A stretch of DNA of 64,000 nt, from positions 40,548,001 to 40,612,000 of the forward strand of contig OZ076418.1 of NCBI GenBank assembly GCA_964187785.1. Direction: 5' to 3'. Below are positions 1 through 11,829 of the stretch, piece by piece. The position numbers were made by a program, and so were the translations under genes. Source of the DNA: Amphiscolops sp. MND2022 (taxonomy: Eukaryota). Numbering within the stretch: position 1 is the stretch's first letter; the number at the start of each line of letters is the position of its first letter. The notes beneath the pieces were generated by a model that made no database searches, had not been told where the DNA came from, and saw nothing but the letters and a program-made list of their open reading frames with translations.

Positions 1-430
1 TTTAGGTAATGCCCACTTGATCATTCAAATTCAGACAAACTTTTTAGAAATTCGATCAGTTTTTGAGTCTTGCGAGAAATCTTGGGTCGAAACATTTGAC
101 TCGACATCATGTTCTATTTGACTAGAATACGGTTCGTTCTTGTTTGACCGAAAAAAATTACATTACACTTTATGTTTTAAAATTTTGTTAAACGTAATGA
201 ATAAAAAATTTTGCTCCATGTTGAGTCCGACAAGATTGTAAGCTTCAAGAGATATTGGTCCGATAGAACAGAAAAGCAACACATTAGAATGTCTTCCGCA
301 GAGATTTCCCCTTGTTTTAAACCCCATGTTTTGGTTTAATATCAAATGATAGAGGTTTGTCCACGGAATCCAACCACAGTAAATTTAGACCCATGGCATT
401 TGTTTCTGAGGACAATATTGAGCTTTTTGG

Positions 431-1126
431 TTAGGAAAAGAGACAATGATAAAAGTGCTCCAACTTGCCCCAAAATAGACGGGAATGTTTCAGACTTGCC
501 GTTTTGACGGTAACGACAAGCACTGATGGGTTAGTGCAATGATGTTCAGTGCACAGTTTTAGTTGTACCATTTTGTTATTCATGTTTTGAATAAAAGTAT
601 CCATTATCAGACTTTCAGTCTGTTCTCCAAATGCACATTTCGCTGCCATTCCTGTTATTGTGTGCCAAAATTGCCGAAGAGTTTCTTTTGGTGCTCGCTT
701 TCTGGCAAAGAATTTGTATGTCCTTTTTCTCGGTTTAACGAAAGCTTGTTCGCAGTTTACCTTTAGATGCTGTAGTGATATTGTGGCCACTCTCATTTCT
801 GGGTATTTGTCGGTGAGGCTTTTTCTGGCTGCGGATCCCAAAGATAGAAATAGGACACTTACTGTTTTTCTCTCTGCGGCATGTTCATTTAGGTTGTTGA
901 TGAGAGCTGCTATTCTCGGGTGTTGTTGTGTTACTGTTCTCAGCATTCCAATTACTGAGATTGAGTCTTTCGCATTTGCTGCTACCATGAAAAGATCCCA
1001 CCATTCTTCCCATTCTGTTTTAGGGGCTGTATCTGCCGAATCCCAGAAAGGTGGCAATCCCGATACAGCTGATGATCCCTCTGTTGTTGCTGTTTCCCCG
1101 CCAGTTGACGAATCTCGCAGCGCCAT
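431..1126 (-). CDS. Truncated Ty3/Gypsy Gag (231 aa from ATG 1126), copy 1; about 198 aa Gag-like then a short non-Gag tail, no zinc knuckles
   Basis: MALRDSS...GLPPFWDSADTAPKTEWEEWWDLF...GMAAKCAFGEQTESLIMDTFIQNMNNKMVQLKLCTE aligns by eye with the Gag at 25734-27113 (FWQDAEKSPSYDWDQWLQLF...GLAAKCDFGNQTEGLVYDVFVLNMANKQVQEKLCTE). Expression unknown. Confidence 0.75.
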   Translation of the reverse strand: MALRDSSTGGETATTEGSSAVSGLPPFWDSADTAPKTEWEEWWDLFMVAANAKDSISVIGMLRTVTQQHPRIAALINNLNEHAAERKTVSVLFLSLGSAARKSLTDKYPEMRVATISLQHLKVNCEQAFVKPRKRTYKFFARKRAPKETLRQFWHTITGMAAKCAFGEQTESLIMDTFIQNMNNKMVQLKLCTEHHCTNPSVLVVTVKTASLKHSRLFWGKLEHFYHCLFS

Positions 1127-1329
1127 GTTAAAGGGCTCGATGATAATTAATTCAGCTGCCTGATAGTTTGGAAACGTTGATGTCGATAATCTTGAATTCA
1201 AGCAACTGTTAATTTTAATAGACCATGTGGCAAATGATCTTTTGTTGAATTCTTTTTTCAATGGTTGTGTTTACTAACAACCAGTTAACAACTGCGGTTG
1301 AGTTAGGCTAGAGCAAGCGCTCTACCACA
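1126..1329 (-). mobile_element. Gypsy-type 5' LTR (204 bp), copy 1, followed directly by PBS TGGCGCTGCGAG
   Basis: Minus strand begins TGTGGTAG (same start as the LTRs at 27318 and 47948) and ends CTTTAACA, abutting TGGCGCTGCGAG; length matches the 206-bp LTR of the intact element. Confidence 0.75.
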
Positions 1330-2070
1330 GTAACGTTAATGAGTTAAGTTAACGTTGAATGAAAATTGAACGACGAAATGCCACTATAATCTAGAATGGT
1401 CAAAAGTTGCGTTGGAAATGAGCTTCAAAATCTTGAGTTGCAAACCTTAAAAATTAGGCAGAGAACAGAAAAACGTCAAATTCCGTAATAATTGATAAAA
1501 CACGCGCGGACGCCTACTTCGTTCAAAAAATGTTCAAACATTCAATCTTCTCAATGGGTGTTTTCTGTGACTTTTGGGAAGCCAATTTTTGACTAAAATG
1601 TTCAAAAATGCCACCATGCCGCTCGTTTCTGTTAACGCCTTTTAGGTAATGCCCACTTGATCATTCAAATTTAGACAAACTTTTTAGAAATTCGATCAGT
1701 TTTTGAGTCTTGCGAGAAATCTTGGGTCGAAACATTTGACTCGACATCATGTTCTATTTGACTAGAATACGGTTCGTTCTTGTTTGACCGAAAAAAATTA
1801 CATTACACTTTATGTTTTAAAATTTTGTTAAACGTAATGAATGAAAAATTTTGCTCCATGTTGAGTCCGACAAGATTGTAAGCTTCAAGAGATATTGGTC
1901 CGATAGAACAGAAAAGCAACACATTAGAATGTCTTCCGCAGAGATTTCCCCTTGTTTTAAACCCCATGTTTTGGTTTAATATCAAATGATAGAGGTTTGT
2001 CCACGGAATCCAACCACAGTAAATTTAGACCCATGGCATTTGTTTCTGAGGACAATATTGAGCTTTTTGG

Positions 2071-2766
2071 TTAGGAAAAGAGACAATGATAAAAGTGCTC
2101 CAACTTGCCCCAAAATAGACGGGAATGTTTCAGACTTGCCGTTTTGACGGTAACGACAAGCACTGATGGGTTAGTGCAATGATGTTCAGTGCACAGTTTT
2201 AGTTGTACCATTTTGTTATTCATGTTTTGAATAAAAGTATCCATTATCAGACTTTCAGTCTGTTCTCCAAATGCACATTTCGCTGCCATTCCTGTTATTG
2301 TGTGCCAAAATTGCCGAAGAGTTTCTTTTGGTGCTCGCTTTCTGGCAAAGAATTTGTATGTCCTTTTTCTCGGTTTAACGAAAGCTTGTTCGCAGTTTAC
2401 CTTTAGATCCTGTAGTGATATTGTGGCCACTCTCATTTCTGGGTATTTGTCGGTGAGGCTTTTTCTGGCTGCGGATCCCAAAGATAGAAATAGGACACTT
2501 ACTGTTTTTCTCTCTGCGGCTTGTTCATTTAGGTTGTTGATGAGAGCTGCTATTCTCGGGTGTTGTTGTGTTACTGTTCTCAGCATTTCATTTACTGAGA
2601 TTGAGTCTTTCGCATTTGCTGCTACCATGAAAAGATCCCACCATTCTTCCCATTCTGTTTTAGGGGCTGTATCTGCCGAATCCCAGAAAGGTGGCAATCC
2701 CGATACAGCTGATGATCCCTCTGTTGTTGCTGTTTCCCCGCCAGTTGACGAATCTCGCAGCGCCAT
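2071..2766 (-). CDS. Truncated Ty3/Gypsy Gag, copy 2 (231 aa from ATG 2766)
   Basis: Near-identical to 431-1126 with an open frame. Confidence 0.75.
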   Translation of the reverse strand: MALRDSSTGGETATTEGSSAVSGLPPFWDSADTAPKTEWEEWWDLFMVAANAKDSISVNEMLRTVTQQHPRIAALINNLNEQAAERKTVSVLFLSLGSAARKSLTDKYPEMRVATISLQDLKVNCEQAFVKPRKRTYKFFARKRAPKETLRQFWHTITGMAAKCAFGEQTESLIMDTFIQNMNNKMVQLKLCTEHHCTNPSVLVVTVKTASLKHSRLFWGKLEHFYHCLFS

Positions 2767-2969
2767 GTTAAAGGGCTCGATGATAATTAATTCAGCTGAC
2801 TGATAGTTTGGAAACGTTGATGTCGATAATCTTGAATTCAAGCAACTGTTAATTTTAATAGACCATGTGGCAAATGATCTTTTGTTGAATTCTTTTTTCA
2901 ATGGTTGTGTTTACTAACAACCAGTTAACAACTGCGGTCGAGTTAGGCTAGAGCAAGCGCTCTACCACA
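2766..2969 (-). mobile_element. Gypsy-type 5' LTR, copy 2
   Basis: Copy of 1126-1329 at +1640. Confidence 0.75.
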
Positions 2970-4636
2970 GTAACGTTAATGAGTTAAGTTTACGTTGAAT
3001 GAAAATTGAACGACGAAATGCCACTATAATCTAGAATGGTCAAAAGTTGCGTTGGAAATGAGCTTCAAAATCTTGAGTTGCAAACCTTAAAAATTAGGCA
3101 GAGAACAGAAAAACGTCAAATTCCGTAATAATTGATAAAACACGCGCGGACGCCTACTTCGTTCAAAAAATGTTCAAACATTCAATCTTCTCAATGGGTG
3201 TTTTCTGTGACTTTTGGGAAGCCAATTTTTGACTAAAATGTTCAAAAATGCCACCATGCCGCTCGTTTCTGTTAACGCCTTTTAGGTAATGCCCACTTGA
3301 TCATTCAAATTTAGACAAACTTTTTAGAAATTCGATCAGTTTTTGAGTCTTGCGAGAAATCTTGGGTCGAAACATTTGACTCGACATCATGTTCTATTTG
3401 ACTAGAATACGGTTCGTTCTTGTTTGACCGAAAAAAATTACATTACACTTTATGTTTTAAAATTTTGTTAAACGTAATGAATGAAAAATTTTGCTCCATG
3501 TTGAGTCCGACAAGATTGTAAGCTTCAAGAGATATTGGTCCGATAGAACAGAAAAGCAACACATTAGAATGTCTTCCGCAGAGATTTCCCCTTGTTTTAA
3601 ACCCCATGTTTTGGTTTAATATCAAATGATAGAGGTTTGTCCACGGAATCCAACCACAGTAAATTTAGACCCATGGCATTTGTTTTTGAGGACAATATTG
3701 AGCTTTTTGGTTAGGAAAAGAGACAATGATAAAAGTGCTCCAACTTGCCCCAAAATAGACGGGAATGTTTCAGACTTGCCGTTTTGACGGTAACGACAAG
3801 CACTGATGGGTCGCTTAGTTCGCTAAAACGAGGTGGAAGAATCTGCAGTAATGGAGATGCCTTCGGGGATGGCACCCAGCCACCGCATGTGGATTTTACC
3901 TTGGAGTCGTGCCCTGTAGGAAGAGTTCCCTCCTCAAAGGAATCCGAATCTCTTCGACCGGTTCCAGTCTTTCACTGCTGTTTGTAACGGACATCTTGTC
4001 CAACATCTAAAATTGCAAACAGTAGCTATACATCACCATGCCACAACAAGGTACAATAATCACGTCTATACAAAAACAATCATCTGAAAAAATCCACATA
4101 CAACCCGCGAGCTGGGCTCAACAGGCACATGTCTGTAATTTAGGCAAAAAGTCTCATTTATACAAGGATGCAGTCACTACATTAAGTAAGATCATGTTAA
4201 AACCGTATAAATTGCCTCACATGCGTGATTTTAGCACCTGCCAATAGAGCCTTTTTCAATGCTTTTCAATTCTCTCCGTCTGCACCGTGTTCTGCCCTCG
4301 TCTTATATACACAATGGCGGAAACAGCCAAATGAGCAATCATATGCCCCCCTTTTGTTCAGAACTTTCCGCATTTTTTTCTGAGTTTATTCATCATCATT
4401 GTCTGTATGCTAGAGAGCCATTACATTTTGTTGCAATTTTTGTACAGATTTTGAACGTTTTTTGTTAGGATAACCATTCACGGAATCCAACGACGAAACA
4501 ATTAACTACTCAGTGCGTTTTTTAAAAAGAAAAAAAATTGTTGTTCGGAAAGTTATCCAAATTGAACCCGAAAAATGAAACAAAATTTAGCACTATGGGT
4601 AGACCTTTTGAACGTTTTGGTGGTTACGACCGTAAA

Positions 4637-4738
4637 GCGACAATTCGTCCCAAGTGACAATTCGTCCCAAGCGACAATTCGTCCCAAGAGACAATTCGTC
4701 CCAAGCGACAATTCGTCCCAAGCGACAATTCGTCCCAA
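4637..4738 (+). repeat. Minisatellite, 6 x 17 bp (GCGACAATTCGTCCCAA)
   Basis: Six contiguous near-identical units with no spacers. Confidence 0.95.
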
Positions 4739-4877
4739 ATTCCAAAAAGCGACAATCCCAACCGGTTACAATAAGCCACAGATTCAAACGAGAAAACAAA
4801 TAGCTACTAGGTTTACTTTCCTTCTAGTAGAGGATTCGGAGTATCAAAGATTGCACAAAGAAATGCTAACTGTTTTT

Positions 4878-5406
4878 AGTCGGCAAATTTTAGTAGAAAA
4901 TGTGCCCGACTCTTACAGTGGGTAGTTTTGTTAGACGCGTAAGGTCCACTTTTTTGTTCATATGTTCAACAACGTCAAACCTCAACAACTTCAAACCTCA
5001 ACAACTCCAACCTCAGAAGCGCGTCCAAAACGAAAAGAAAAAAACAAAACAGACGTCCAGAACCTCGAAAACACACTAAGAATCCCCACATAGCCCCACT
5101 TTTTTTTGGTAGTATGAGATTTTTTGAAACTTATGGGATTGCACCAAAGGGTCCCCCTTGATTTGTTTCGATATTTTGCAACACAATGGATGTCAAAAAA
5201 TTGCAAAGGGTCCCCCCTTTTACATTTTTCGGCACTGTGACACTGTTCAAAAATCTCATTAAAAAATTTTTTCATGTCCCCAAAGGCTCCCCTTCAATTT
5301 TTTTCATTTTTTGCAACCAGCTGGAGTTTCACAAAGCTCGAAGGGTCTCCCCTTTTCAATTTTGAGCTTTAGATATGGCGCCGACTTTGACCGTTCTCGG
5401 CTTGTT
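4878..5406 (+). mobile_element. Helentron/DINE-1-like non-autonomous element (family copy)
   Basis: 5' AGTCGGC..ATTTT-agtag-AAAATGTGCCCGACT hairpin; core AAAGGGTCCCCC repeats; 3' inverted GGCGCCGACT, then a short stem-loop and TTGTT. Confidence 0.65.
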
Positions 5407-5585
5407 CTATTTTTCTACTACTCTATGCAGTTTTGGTACAGTTTTCAAACATTTTCGTGAGTTTTAGTAACCACAGTGTAGGATTTTTGACTTTTCGCTT
5501 ACTTCATGATGTTTATTTAAATTATTAATCAGCAAGGTTCTATTAGACCAACCGGGTGTGATATCAAATCGGTCAACAACAAACA

Positions 5586-6577
5586 TTAAATAGAAAAATT
5601 ATTAAGTAAATGCGGACAATAAGTCTCCCAATAACCCCAATGTTTAACAAGTTGCTTTTTTGAGGCTTGAGGGCCCTTTGCTGGCGAAAACACCCACTTT
5701 CGTAATTCCTTCCTGCCTTGCGTCCGTAGAATTTTTCTCCAGGTGCCACGCCGTACCCCCACGCTGTACTCATCTAATATCCGTGTAATAATAGACGAAT
5801 CCGCAACTGTTGAAGCATCCCAACCCGATAAAATTGTCGGCTTATCTGTATCGAAGGTGAGAACTGCATGAGCCCGCAAACTGGGAATATAAATTAGGTA
5901 ACCCGGCCGTTGAATTGTGAACCTTAAATAACTCGCCTCTCGTTCACGCGGCCCCCTTTGAAAGAAATCGATGAAACTACCAGCATTATTACAACAGCGT
6001 TCTAATAAGCGGGAAGAACTATTCGTAGTCGTAGAACACCAGATCTTAATTCCCGTATGTAAAAGTGCATAAGAAGCGCCTCCACCAACTTCAATATGCG
6101 CATACGAAAACCAAGAGCCTTGTATTAATAAACCTATACAACTGGTCACAATTTGGTCTACAAATGAAAAGGAAGTAATACAGTTAACAAAATCCATATC
6201 CCCTTGCATAGAATTAATGAATTCACGAGTTACAGAATACTTCGGGCCTGCTGTAATGTTAATTAAAGGATGATCAGGAAGATTCTCTAAATCGGCCCAA
6301 GTTAAATTAGATTGATCAGAAAATTGTTTTATAACGCCTCTAGGCTCAGTATTTACACCGGCAAGAATACATGGCTGCGGGGGAGAAATTGATTAAAAGT
6401 AACAGGGGAAATAGTAGGGAAACGCGGCCAAAGTTCTTGAATTATAGTAAAATCAGAAACATTATTATTGTTAATAAAACCAGTTTAAATATCATTCATT
6501 CGTTCAACCACGCCTTGACTACGTGTTGAGTAATCAGTAGAATAGTTTAAAGAACGGGAACTAGATGAAGAAACCAT
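5586..6577 (-). pseudogene. Intronless JmjC-like (2-oxoglutarate/Fe(II) dioxygenase, cupin fold) gene, disrupted by one stop and one frameshift in its 5' part
   Basis: 207-aa ORF has SYAHIEVGGGASYALLHTGIKIW (cf. JmjC TxFHxDFGGxSVWYHxxxGxKxW) and FTIQRPGYLIYIPSLRAHAVLT (cf. QxPGxxxFIPxGWxHAVxT), giving an H-x-E...H triad. The frame is open upstream to QPCILAGV (about 6380). A further ATG at 6577 has an in-frame TAA at 6485-6487. Confidence 0.7.
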
Positions 6578-8398
6578 TTTTAGGATGATTAGAAAGTTAG
6601 TCGAATTGCTATGTTTACGCGTGTAAATAAGAGTGGCTAGGTGTGAAACTTCACAGTGAGCGTGATAAGCATTGAATGCAACTCAGCTAAGCGTGTCAGA
6701 AAGCGAAAGGAATGAAATTAAGAACGCGCTGTGAGTGGCTGTACGCATAGCTAATAAGAAAACGGCCGCCGCACACTGTGGAAATACACCCTCTCTTAAT
6801 GCAAACAAAAAATCAAAACGCGATTTCTCAAAGATGGAAAAAGATATCAACAAACGGTTTTCAGCATTTGACAGCCCGTCCAAAGGAAAACTTAGGTTGA
6901 GAATATGAGCACCGTGCAATGACGAGAACATATTTGCGGGAAGCTTTGAATATAAGTGCGTATGAAATTTTGACGATTTTCCAAAAATGAGTTTCTTTTA
7001 AAATTTTTGTGTGATCGCTACAATTGTCAGAAAATGTTCGGATATGGCTTAGAATAAAGATAAATGATTGTCCTAACTTGTGTCAAATGGAAAATGAATA
7101 ATATTCAGTAGTTTTTGAGAACTGAGCCAGCAAACTTTAAAAACAGCCCTAAAATGGCCAAATTAGCCGTTTTTCGCATGTTATCGCTTAGTACTCAACG
7201 TGTAAGCGCACAAAAGCCGCCCCCTTCACAGCGTACTTGAAAATTGAAGTGGAGGAGTGAATAGAATAATATATAGAGTGCTGCGGCGCGCTAGCGAAGA
7301 ACCCCCAAGAATTTAAAGTTGTGATTTCTTTCTGCCGATAGGGATGTCGACCTACCAAAATGCTAACCCCCCGCCTCGCACGTTTTGAGCGATATCGAGC
7401 TGAAACTTTCAGGGTAGACGCACAAGACCCAAGCGCACAGCGTGTAGCAGAAGCGTTTTTCCGAAAAATAACCTGGTTTCGAGATATTGACCTCCAAAGT
7501 TGAAGGTCCAGACATAAAAATCAGGAAAATGACTACTTTCAGAAAAAGTGCTATCAAAATTTGTTGAGAAAAGATAGAGACCTCATCTAAAGTGCAAAAT
7601 ACTTCTAATGGCTTGGGCTAACGTTGTATATAAGCCTCCATTCTGTATCTTTCGAATTGATTGAGTACGAGCCCTCCAAAGTTGAGATTTGCGTGAAAGT
7701 CGATAGGTGATTTTTGACTACCAAACTTTTTGGGCGTTTTTCACCGTGAAGGAGTTGAAATAGAAAGATAAAGATGATTAACGTTTTTTTAGCCCTTGAA
7801 TTGTACTGTCAAAAAGTGTACTTGATTTTAGCCACCGGTGATCAGAACACCTAAGTTTTGCCCTTAGAAAGTGTAACCTGAAAATCGACTTTTCAGAATA
7901 TAAAATAAATTCGCCTTTTAGGTCATTGTAAATTGTAGAGAATTCTTTCCTTGAACCAGATTTAGCTGGAGAGAGTTGTCAGGAACCGTGTGAGAAAAAG
8001 AGACCTGGCAGAAAGTGCAAATGTCAATCAGTAAGCCGAAGTTCAAGGCGTGCTCACAAAAGTGGGAAAAATTGAGTCAAAAACACCGCCCCTTAAATTC
8101 TATTGAAAACGAAGTAAAACCACCAGTTATGATTGACAAGGAGGTGGAACCAGGACCAACTCGTGATGAAAAAATGTACTTCTGACGAATCTTCAGTACC
8201 GAAGTAAGGAAAACTGATTTGCTCAACACTTAGTCAGGCCCCCAAAAAAGGAAAGATGACAAGTTACGAATACTCAAATGACTAACTGCCGAAAAAGTAA
8301 CTTTGGCCGGAATGTACGCCATTTTTAAAACACAAGAAGTCAGATGTAATCTAGAGAACGGTTTGCTGCTTTGCGTCCGATAGTTGATCCTATCGTAA

Positions 8399-8603
8399 AC
8401 AGGCTAAGTGGCCTACGAATACACTAACAGGCTAAGTGGCCTACGAATACACTAACACAGGCTAAGTGGCCTACGAATACACTAACAGGTTAAGTGGCCT
8501 ACGAATACACTAACCCAGGCTCAGTGGTCTTCGAATACACTAACCCTACAGGCTGAGTGGCCTACGAATACACTAACACAGGCTGAGTGGCCTACGAATA
8601 CAC
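8399..8603 (+). repeat. Minisatellite, about 7 x 28-31 bp (CAGGCTAAGTGGCCTACGAATACACTAA)
   Basis: Directly visible tandem units. Confidence 0.95.
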
Positions 8604-8802
8604 CGGTAGTTAGATAATCTAATGGGTTGAGTGGCCCTAGAACCCACTTACTGCTTTCACTCCAAGTCCGATAGAGAAATTTTGCGGCGAGATAGTTCAA
8701 CCTCAATTCTTACGATATCCTCGATATCACACCCTATCCTCACGGATAATTACCCCAAAAAAGAACCTTGCGAAGATCCTAACTTGCTGTCCTTCTGCAA
8801 TA

Positions 8803-9002
8803 NNNNNNNNNNNNNNNNNNNNNNNNNNNNNNNNNNNNNNNNNNNNNNNNNNNNNNNNNNNNNNNNNNNNNNNNNNNNNNNNNNNNNNNNNNNNNNNNNN
8901 NNNNNNNNNNNNNNNNNNNNNNNNNNNNNNNNNNNNNNNNNNNNNNNNNNNNNNNNNNNNNNNNNNNNNNNNNNNNNNNNNNNNNNNNNNNNNNNNNNNN
9001 NN
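8803..9002. other. Assembly gap (200 N)
   Basis: Run of N. Confidence 1.
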
Positions 9003-9600
9003 ATGTGTATTAATTGACTCTCAAACTTTTTCTTTTCAACCTTGAAAAGAAACACTGAACAGCCTAAGAGTAGCGAGACAACCCCCGAAAGAAAGCAAGA
9101 CAACGAACCTGTAGAAGGATCGTGATTTCTTAGTAACACTTACTCCCACCGTCTTCAATTGTATCGATTCTTCGTTGCGGTTGAAGTTGATAAAAATTTA
9201 TGTAGATACTCAGCCAATTCTTGTCTCGTGATTGGTACCTACGGGTTTAATTGAGTGGTAGTGGAGCAATCTTACGTATTGTTAAAGCTACCGTAATTCC
9301 AAAAATCTTACACACAGACCGCAACGACTAAACAATGCTTGTACCCATATTCTTGGAGAAGATTGAAGTTTACTTGGAGAAAGTGCTTGAAATGAACTAA
9401 AAAGTGTCGAGGTGTCTTTGCTGGTGCCATATACACTACACTACATTAATACATTCTTTAACATTATATATAATTTCAATTCAAACTAGCACTTTAACAC
9501 AATTATACAAAGGCTCTGTCCAAGCGAATGAACTGTATTCAACCCCTATTTTGCTCTCTGAAACATTTCGGGAGTTGAATAGTTAGGTTACTCTTTTTTT

Positions 9601-10129
9601 AGTCGGCGCATTTTAGTAGAAAATGTGCCCGACTATTACAGTGGGTAGTTTTTTTTAGACACGAAAGGTCCACTTTTTTGTTCATTTGTTCAACAACCTC
9701 AAACTTCAACAACTTCAAACTTCAACAACTCCCAACCTCAGAAGCGCGTCCAAAACGAAAAGAAAAAACAAAACAGACGTCCACAACCTCGAAAACACAC
9801 CTTAGCCCCACTTTTTTTCAGCACTTTTTTTGAAGTTTTTTGGATTGCACCAGAGGGTCCCCCCTTCATTTGTTTCGATATTTTGCAACACAATGGATGT
9901 CAAAAAATCGCAAAGGGTCCCCCCTTTTACATTTTTTGGCACTGTGACACTGTTCAAAAATCTCATTAAAAAATTTTTTTGGGAAATTTTTTCATGTCTC
10001 CAAAGGGTCCCCCCTTCAATTTTTTTCAAATTTTTTGCAACCAGCTGGAGTTTCACAAAGCCCGAAGGGTCCCCCTTTTAAATTTTGAGCCTTAGATTTG
10101 GCGCCGACTTTGGCCGTTCTCGGCTTGTT
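9601..10129 (+). mobile_element. Helentron/DINE-1-like non-autonomous element (family copy)
   Basis: AGTCGGCGCATTTTagtagAAAATGTGCCCGACT ... GGCGCCGACTTTG GCCG-TTCT-CGGC TTGTT; homologous to 4878-5406. Confidence 0.7.
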
Positions 10130-10599
10130 GACGGTAACAATGCACCTTTAGTAGTATGGAAATGGATTTTTGCTTCTACGAGGTAGCCCAAAAAACACTT
10201 TGCGTGAAATGTTTGCTAACAACCAAAAAAAATGTTTGCTATTCAAAACAACACAGAAAAGTGAATTTTGGCTTAACAATCTTTCGCATAGACACTTCTA
10301 AGTCGAAATAAATCAATCTTTCACGTCCAAAGTTGCAATAAATTGGCTGGCATTTTGACTCAAGAAACATTTGGCCATTCTGAGAACTTTCGAAACATCC
10401 GTTTCAGAGGTGTAAGTCACGTAATAAGAGATCCACTTCAGATGATTTTTAGGGAATTTTGAGAAACGTCTTGTTGACAAACAAAAAAGTTCGTAAACCA
10501 AAAACGGTTTCATAATTTTGGTACACCATGTTAGTGTTGCCTTCATTATTTTGACTTCTTAAGACCAATGAAAAAACTGCCTCAAATGATATCAAAGGA

Positions 10600-11057
10600 A
10601 TGGACAGAAGTGATAAATTACAAGTTTTGGAAAGCCCTTGAAATGACCTTTCATTTGGTACATTCGCATTTCTCAGTCCTAAACAGGTGAGCAGTTATTA
10701 GGATTCTTGTCAAAATTTTAGAAGCCAGACTACGTTATCGTAATTTTTCACGCATTTTTGCATGCAAAATTTTTTCAGCAGGTTTAAGTATTTTGATTAT
10801 GAAAACGAGTAGAAATGGTCGTTTTTGGGTGAAATGAACCTTTATATTGAGTCTCGGCTGCTTGTAGCGAAGGTATAGTGTTTTTTATAATCTTAAAATT
10901 TTGTCCATCGTGATAAGATACGATCTTGGAATAAGTATTATCTTAGTAAGATCTTAATAAGAATCTTGCCATGGGATCCATGGTTGCCAAGATGTAGTAA
11001 GAATTTGGCAAGATCTTGCCAAGACAGCCAAGATGCTAGTAAGAGGGTCAACCCGGG
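10600..11057 (-). mobile_element. One-ended copy of the CCCGGGTTGACCCTC TIR element found at 34004-38052
   Basis: Reverse complement matches 34004 to about 34460 (cccgggttgaccctcttactagcatcttgg...gggctttccaaaacttgtaatttatcac). Confidence 0.85.
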
Positions 11058-11829
11058 ATGTCTATTTGTTGACAAACATTAGTGAAAAAGTGCCTAATCG
11101 AGTCTGTACGAGGACAGAACGTACAGTTTTCAACAAGACAGCCTGATCAGCTTTCGAGCATAATGTTCTGATAAAGTTCTATAATCGAATGCTTAGTTTT
11201 CCAGCGCCTTTCTCTCATTACAGATTGCATATTCCTCTCGTTAAATTGAATGTAAGAATCGGTTTCGAAAATTTGTATTTTGAGTTTACTGTATTTCTGT
11301 TTTTATGAAATCTCCGAAAATTCTCCATGCGAAAAAATATCCACAGGGGGAACGCGTGAAGTGTGGAAACGTACGCCCTGGAAACATCAAAGAAAAAGAG
11401 CTTCCTTCGGGGATAGAAAATTTCCAAAAAAAGGAATGATACGAAAACACTAACGAGTATTATAAAACCAACAAGAAGTGCAAAAGTTGCTGGCAACGTT
11501 AAAATGCATGCATGCGGCAATTTCAATGCGGCAAAGCATCGTTTGATTATCTACATGGTAATTACATTTAAGATGTTTTAGGATGAAATTGGGTGACAAG
11601 TAAAAAACCTGAGACACATTTGATGAAATGAACGGAAACAGCACAAAAGGGTTGATTTTACACCTAACAAAAGAACTGATTTTTAGGGTGCAACAAACGA
11701 CTGATTCTGAAAACAAAGCAAAGAGGCCTATGTTGAGAACGTAACATTGGCCGAATGAGAAATGTAACAAAATGGCGCTATCAAAAATCATATTCTATTG
11801 AATCATTGATCTCAATTATTTTTATTGGC

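Larger units (their letters stand above)
1..3810. repeat. Head-to-tail array of a 1640-bp unit (2.3 copies visible, runs off the left edge); unit = non-LTR flank + Gypsy 5' LTR + PBS + truncated gag
   Basis: tttaggtaatgcccacttga recurs at 1, 1641 and 3281; ORF track repeats with a 1640 offset (163/1803/3443; 431/2071); copies differ by roughly ten substitutions; homology ends at cactgatggg (3810). Confidence 0.97.

Noticed and set aside
660-2803. 167-aa plus-strand ORFs, and similar antisense ORFs over pol (22522-23307) and the LINE
   Set aside because: Shadow frames of real minus-strand coding sequence.
4637-4738. CRISPR-like appearance of the 17-bp repeats (also the 28-bp array at 8399-8603)
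   Set aside because: Units are contiguous with no unique spacers, no cas genes, eukaryotic context.
6683-6931. 82-aa ORF upstream of the JmjC relic
   Set aside because: No recognisable domain on either strand; kept only as context for the JmjC finding.
8631-9139. ORFs of 128-129 aa
   Set aside because: Artefacts spanning the N gap.
9395-9440. Possible PBS (minus-strand TGGCACCAGC) of another LTR element
   Set aside because: No paired LTR, TSD or gag recognisable; adjacent gap prevents assessment.
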